Under the pieces are notes generated by a model that saw only the letters and a list, made by a program, of their open reading frames with translations, had not been told where the DNA came from and searched no databases. A stretch of 32,000 nucleotides of DNA from Candidatus Altimarinota bacterium (GTDB taxonomy: Bacteria; Patescibacteriota; Gracilibacteria; UBA1369): NCBI GenBank assembly GCA_041659405.1, contig JBAZYK010000008.1:52013-84012 (forward strand). The letters are read 5' to 3'. Numbering within the stretch: the first letter of the stretch is position 1; the number at the start of each line of letters is the position of its first letter. This document shows positions 28,023 through 32,000 of this stretch, in pieces. A program made the position numbers and the translations under genes.

Positions 28023-29045
28023 CTATTTTATTTCACCGGGTAAAAATTTAATAAATTGATCAAAGTCGGATTCATAAAGCTTATCTTGAACTGGTCGATA
28101 TTTTTCAAATTCACTTTCAGCGAAGCTCTTAGCGATTGCCGCAGTAACCTTACCGACATCTTTTAAAATGTTTTTTGAGTTAAATTGTAAAAACACATTG
28201 AGCTTTTGCGACCAATCTTTCATGGTCATTGGAATACCGTTTTCCGCCTGATCTTCAGCGTAATCCAAATACATAGTCACAAAACGATTGAGTGACTTGA
28301 TCTCTTTTTCGTTTAGGTAATTTTTAGCTATGGAAACATCAGATTTAAGAACCTTTCCATGGGGAGCCTTTTTCCATGTTTTAAGCCCCATATACTCTTT
28401 TTGGTGGTTTGCTCTTTCAACAATCAACTCTGCGGCTGTGTGCCCATGGATAGCATAATGAAGCTTATTTTGAACTGTGGCAAAAAAATCCTTGGTTGTT
28501 TCCGCCTGTGGATCATAATCCATGGCAGTAACATAAATATCCGTAATTTTTTGGTAGAAATTCCGCTCGCTTTCGCGAATATCGCGAATTTCAAGAATCA
28601 AGTCATCAAAGTATTTTTTGCTGAAATACGCACCATTTTTCAGTCTTTCATTATCCAAAACATACCCGCGGATGGCATACGCTTTCAGTACTTGCGTCGA
28701 CCATCTTCTAAACTCAGTGGCCCTCTCGGAATTGATACGATAGCCAAGAGCAATAATCGCCTCTAAATTATAATGTTTTGTATTGTATTTCTTGCCGTCC
28801 TCGGCAGTTATTAGGAAATTCCTAATAACTGAATTTTCCTCTAATTCATACGATGAATAAATATTTTTAAGATGCTCATTGATGGTCGGAATTTGTACAT
28901 CAAAAAGTTTGGCAATAAATTTTTGAGTCAGCCAAACATTTTCATCCTGAACCCTCACTTCAACACCATCTTCCCCAGCCTGTGAAGTAAAAATTAAAAA
29001 CTCAGCAGTAGAGTTTCGTATCCTGAGCTGTTTATCATTTTTCAT
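28023..29045 (-). CDS. Virulence RhuM family protein
   Basis: AEFLIFTSQAGEDGVEVRVQDENVWLTQKFIAKLFDVQIPTINEHLKNIY...FFATVQNKLHYAIHGHTAAELIVERANHQKEYMGL; family hallmark sequence. Confidence 0.88.
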   Translation of the reverse strand: MKNDKQLRIRNSTAEFLIFTSQAGEDGVEVRVQDENVWLTQKFIAKLFDVQIPTINEHLKNIYSSYELEENSVIRNFLITAEDGKKYNTKHYNLEAIIALGYRINSERATEFRRWSTQVLKAYAIRGYVLDNERLKNGAYFSKKYFDDLILEIRDIRESERNFYQKITDIYVTAMDYDPQAETTKDFFATVQNKLHYAIHGHTAAELIVERANHQKEYMGLKTWKKAPHGKVLKSDVSIAKNYLNEKEIKSLNRFVTMYLDYAEDQAENGIPMTMKDWSQKLNVFLQFNSKNILKDVGKVTAAIAKSFAESEFEKYRPVQDKLYESDFDQFIKFLPGEIK

Positions 29046-29063
29046 AAGATCGCATTATAAAAC

Positions 29064-29116
29064 ATAACCGCCCCCATTATGGGTGAGCGTACACTCACCG
29101 TCAAGGTGATTTTATC
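29064..29116 (-). repeat. 53-bp direct repeat copy 1, containing a promoter/operator-like sequence
   Basis: ataaccgcccccattatgggtgagcgtacactcaccgtcaaggtgattttatc; 52/53 identical to 30110..30162. Confidence 0.97.
29076..29104 (-). promoter_or_regulatory. Predicted promoter with operator palindrome in spacer, driving the RhuM gene
   Basis: Minus strand TTGACG-GTGAGTGTACGCTCACC(17)-CATAAT; GGTGAG-TGTACG-CTCACC inverted repeat at 29082..29099. Confidence 0.7.
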
Positions 29117-29118
29117 TT

Positions 29119-29874
29119 TCACCCCTCAACCGCACCCACCGCCTTCACATACGCGCAAAAATCACAATCCACACCTGCGGCCGGCATTTCATCCGAATTC
29201 AAACAATCCTGAATATCTGCAATCGACCCACCCACCCAGGAATCATCGCCGACATACGGAATAACTTTAATATCAAACTCCAGTTTGCCATTAAAGGCCT
29301 CTTTACCCGCATCGCCATTGCAATAAACAAAGTAACCGGTTGGCGAAACCTTAAATCCATTCCTACGAAACAGCCATTGGTAAACCTCCATTTGGCGTTT
29401 ATAGCCGATCTGCCAGTCCGCATCCAAAGAAACATCACCGGCCTTAGAAGTCGCCTTATAATCAACAATAATCAGCTCACCCTGCGGATTTACCCAAACA
29501 TCATCAACTCCACCCGTTATTAAAAGATTAGTCCCGGGAACCAGGTAAGTCACACCTCTTCGGAGCGAATCGCGCCATTCATCAATGCGATCATGGGCCA
29601 GGGGAATGGCATCAATCCCATATTGCCGCATCAAAGGATGAGCAGTGCCTTCAGCCCTATGAATATCAAACTCTTTTTTAAGCAAGGCATCAACCGCCGA
29701 ATTCAAAGAAAATGGATACCCCGGAGGCCTTCCCACACCCAATCTTCGATCCAAATAAAAACACCTTGGACAATTCAAAAAGAGGTCGATTTTGGAACGA
29801 CTCAAACGAAAAGTATCGGAAGAACCGGGTTGATAAATGTTTCTGGTGCGTTGAGGGTTGTAGTATTGGGACAT
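29119..29874 (-). CDS. PD-(D/E)XK nuclease family protein, Cas4/RecB-like with conserved cysteines
   Basis: RLSRSKIDLFLNCPRCFYLDRRLG, LITGGVDDVWVNPQGELIIVDYKATS, DWQIGYKRQMEVYQWLFRRNGF, VDCDFCAYVKAV. Confidence 0.85.
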   Translation of the reverse strand: MSQYYNPQRTRNIYQPGSSDTFRLSRSKIDLFLNCPRCFYLDRRLGVGRPPGYPFSLNSAVDALLKKEFDIHRAEGTAHPLMRQYGIDAIPLAHDRIDEWRDSLRRGVTYLVPGTNLLITGGVDDVWVNPQGELIIVDYKATSKAGDVSLDADWQIGYKRQMEVYQWLFRRNGFKVSPTGYFVYCNGDAGKEAFNGKLEFDIKVIPYVGDDSWVGGSIADIQDCLNSDEMPAAGVDCDFCAYVKAVGAVEG

Positions 29875-29906
29875 ATAAAATTGTTAATTTTAGTTAAGAC
29901 ATAATT

Positions 29907-30070
29907 TTTTCATTACAGACCATTGCTGAGGGGAAAGATTAAAACGGTTTGTTCCTGCCTCATTTTTAAACCCCTCGAATTCGTGGGGTTTAAAATTTTG
30001 ATTATTGAGTTTCTCCATCAATCTCAATGATGTTGATCTCGTTTCCCTGAATAGTTAACTTTTGAGTCAT
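29907..30070 (-). pseudogene. Possible KilA-N-type antirepressor relic
   Basis: MTQKLTIQGNEINIIEIDGETQ* (30070..30002) resembles KilA-N N-termini; downstream NEAGTNRFNLSPQQWSVMKK resembles a downstream KilA-N segment, separated by a hairpin. Confidence 0.35.
29964..29995. terminator. Bidirectional terminator-like palindrome
   Basis: TTTTAAACCCC-tcgaattcgt-GGGGTTTAAAA: 11-bp perfect stem with AT tracts on both sides. Confidence 0.55.
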
Positions 30071-30109
30071 ATTTCGTACTAAATTTAAGATTTCAAAACC
30101 ATCTCATCG

Positions 30110-30162
30110 ATAACCGCCCCCATTATGGGTGAGCGTACACTCACCGTCAAGATGATTTTATC
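30110..30162 (-). repeat. 53-bp direct repeat copy 2
   Basis: ataaccgcccccattatgggtgagcgtacactcaccgtcaagatgattttatc; one substitution relative to 29064..29116; carries the same TTGACG-17-CATAAT array. Confidence 0.97.
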
Positions 30163-30177
30163 AAAAATGAAAGTTTG

Positions 30178-31095
30178 TTAATTATGTTTAAGAGATAACT
30201 TTAATTTTTTTTGCGCAAATTGATCGGCCTCCTGCTCTAATTCCGAGTTGTCGTGCCCCTTGTTAAAATCCACAAACACTTCTTTTTTACTGTGTTTTAT
30301 CAAATGACTTATTTCATGAAAGAATGTAAACCAAAAACAATCTGCATATTTATATCTTAAGCTCACTTGAATCAAGGCTCTTTTTGGGGTTAACCACCTT
30401 GTCGCGCCATTTACATTCGTATTTTTCAAACACGGAGTATAAACAAGAGCAACTCCACATTCCGCGCATAATTCCACTAATTTTTTTGAATACTGCCCGG
30501 CATCTTTAGTTGTCAGCCCTCTCATCTCATCTAATTTATTTCGTAATTTTTCAAGATCAAACTCGCTTGTTTTAAGCTTATTAGCTTCAATATGCCCTAT
30601 TTTAAGCCATGCGGCCAATGATTCATTATTGGTTTTTTCAACATGCGACCTTCTAAATGCAACCGGAATCACTTGCCGAATTGCCAGGAGGGAATCCACA
30701 GCAAAAAATTTCAATAATTCTTCCACTTTCTCAACCGGATCCCTGGTTTTCTTTACATATCCCAATTTTACCAGCTCAAGATAACATGAAAATTTCCCTA
30801 AATGCTGCGATTCCTCCTCCAATCTTTTTGTTTCCTTTATTCTTAAAAGATCCGCATCGTATTGAGACTGCATATTTAAAAGTCCCAACTTTGAAATACC
30901 CAACACTCTTTCAAACTTTAAAGCTGTTTCCGGAGTAACAGGATTTTTCCCATTTAAAATCTCGCTGATCGTTTTCTCCGCCAACCCAGTGCTTAGGCTT
31001 AAATCGGCTTGAGATATACCCAAAACTTCCAGTGTTTCTTTCACTGTTTCCCCAGGATGGATTGCTATCGGTGATGTGTAGCCGGTTGTTCCCAT
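30178..31095 (-). CDS. HigA-like XRE antitoxin fused to ImmA/IrrE-like zinc peptidase domain
   Basis: IAIHPGETVKETLEVLGISQADLSLSTGLAEKTISEILNGKNPVTPETALKFERVLG (HTH); FWFTFFHEISHLIKHSKKEVFVDF...ELEQEADQFAQ (HExxH). Confidence 0.88.
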   Translation of the reverse strand: MGTTGYTSPIAIHPGETVKETLEVLGISQADLSLSTGLAEKTISEILNGKNPVTPETALKFERVLGISKLGLLNMQSQYDADLLRIKETKRLEEESQHLGKFSCYLELVKLGYVKKTRDPVEKVEELLKFFAVDSLLAIRQVIPVAFRRSHVEKTNNESLAAWLKIGHIEANKLKTSEFDLEKLRNKLDEMRGLTTKDAGQYSKKLVELCAECGVALVYTPCLKNTNVNGATRWLTPKRALIQVSLRYKYADCFWFTFFHEISHLIKHSKKEVFVDFNKGHDNSELEQEADQFAQKKLKLSLKHN

Positions 31096-31103
31096 AAGTT
31101 TGG

Positions 31104-31439
31104 TTAAATGTGGTAATTAGCAATGCCCAAAATTTCTACCGCTACGATCGTTGTTTGATTGGCCGGATCATATTCTCCATGTGGAACAAATATAAGTCGC
31201 CATTTTCCTCTTCCACCGCCAAGACTTGGCAGATCAACCGCAAAGTACCTGAACTTATTCCCGTCCTTGATCGAATGTTTCCTGGTATTCAGCGGGAGGT
31301 CCGCATAAGAAGGGAACGATCCAATCTCGCGAAGCCTTGTGACAACACTTTTTGCGACTTTCTCGTCGTATTTAGACTTTAAGTGGTTAAAATCCTCCAG
31401 TTCCTTCCTCAGTTTTTCATTTTTCCAATGTATCTCCAT
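31104..31439 (-). CDS. HigB/RelE-superfamily toxin
   Basis: LREIGSFPSYADLPLNTRKHSIKDGNKFRYFAVDLPSLGGGRGKWRLIFVP...TIVAVEILGIANYH; immediately upstream of the HigA-like gene. Confidence 0.78.
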   Translation of the reverse strand: MEIHWKNEKLRKELEDFNHLKSKYDEKVAKSVVTRLREIGSFPSYADLPLNTRKHSIKDGNKFRYFAVDLPSLGGGRGKWRLIFVPHGEYDPANQTTIVAVEILGIANYHI

Positions 31440-31589
31440 AATATAGCCATGTTACAAAAATGTCAATTCTGGTTTACCTGAAAGGTAAAGAAAAATAAAG
31501 AATATTTAATGCAGAGCTTATGCATAACAAAAAAATAGCACACCTAGATTAAAACAATCTAAAATAAAACTAAAAAGTAGGTATTTTAA

Positions 31590-31875
31590 TTAGTTACTAA
31601 ACAACCTTACCACTTCATCAAAATTTTTAAATCGACTCTTTTCCCACTCCTCCTGTTTAATATACAGTGCTTTATAAACTACTCTACTTTGACGATCATT
31701 AACATCTTCGCACCATTTTTGCAGACGTTCAAATTTTAATTTATCGTTTTCCTCTTCACGTCCCTTTGTTTCAACGATATAAACCGTTTTTTCGTCCTTT
31801 TTTACAAAGAAATCGGGATAGTATGTGGCGATAAACCCTTCAGCATTTTTATATTCAATTCTGAGGGCGCATGCT
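31590..31875 (-). pseudogene. C-terminal fragment of type III restriction (Res)-like helicase-nuclease
   Basis: Minus-strand frame: ...RIEYKNAEGFIATYYPDFFVKKDEKTVYIVETKGREEENDKLKFERLQKWCEDVNDRQ...VRLFSN*; PD...ETK nuclease motif, no start codon, cut off by the IS end. Confidence 0.75.
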
Positions 31876-32000
31876 AAAGTGGTTCCCTTTGTCCAGACAG
31901 TTTTTTGAGATTTTTAAGAGAGATTTTGGAAATAAATTTGGGCTGGGGTTTTGTAGTTGAGTGACTGGTGAGGACGAACATTGTTGTAGAAATGAAAGTA
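31875..32000 (-). mobile_element. Partial IS element: transposase/integrase C-terminus (31914..32000) plus terminal sequence
   Basis: Minus-strand frame YFHFYNNVRPHQSLNYKTPAQIYFQNLS*, the classic DDE integrase-core C-terminus (NNxRPHQSL), followed by the IS-end-like TGTCTGGACAAAGGGAACCACTTTA. Confidence 0.85.

Noticed and set aside
29079-29264. Plus-strand ORF MGERTLTVKVILSF...
   Set aside because: Starts inside the 53-bp repeat and runs antisense to the nuclease gene; low-complexity Pro/His composition.
29064-30162. CRISPR array or integron attC cassettes
   Set aside because: Only two repeat copies ~1 kb apart, no spacer-sized spacing, and ends do not match the attC RYYYAAC/GTTRRRY consensus.
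1-32000. Alternative genetic code (UGA=Gly, as in Gracilibacteria)
   Set aside because: Several genes (e.g. 29119..29874) end at a TGA in a position consistent with a true stop and no in-frame UGA is needed in the long conserved genes.

Overview
This is a 32 kb window of bacterial chromosome that uses the standard code (UGA is stop). Gene style suggests a Patescibacteria/CPR genome, possibly Peregrinibacteria-like; that is inference only. Positions 1-21.9 kb are mostly housekeeping: aspS (partial), dnaE, tRNA-Leu(UAG), a HIT protein, nadC, valS, rlmN, a DUF3467-like protein, glycyl-tRNA synthetase, a short RadC, a solitary VirD4/TraD-like ATPase, a CarS-like CDP-archaeol synthase next to a CDP-alcohol phosphatidyltransferase, and tRNA-Met. 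Two paralogous regulators carry a sigma-region-4-like HTH but no visible sigma region 2. Positions 21.9-27.5 kb hold a minus-strand copper operon (csoR, copA, a secreted Met/His-rich protein, an HMA/TauE-SafE-like/2x cupredoxin fusion, and a copZ-like gene) with a likely CsoR operator at 27523..27547. Positions 27.6-32 kb are an accessory defence/mobile island: a frame-broken BRO-N antirepressor, a RhuM-family gene, an orphan Cas4/RecB-like PD-(D/E)XK nuclease, a possible KilA-N relic, a HigB/HigA-ImmA toxin-antitoxin pair, a C-terminal remnant of a type III restriction (Res)-like protein, and the end of an IS transposase. The most notable signal is a 53-bp direct repeat (29064..29116 and 30110..30162, 52/53 identical). 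On the minus strand it reads as a near-consensus promoter with an operator-like palindrome filling the 17-bp spacer, and it lies just upstream of the RhuM gene and of the KilA-N relic. No CRISPR array was seen.
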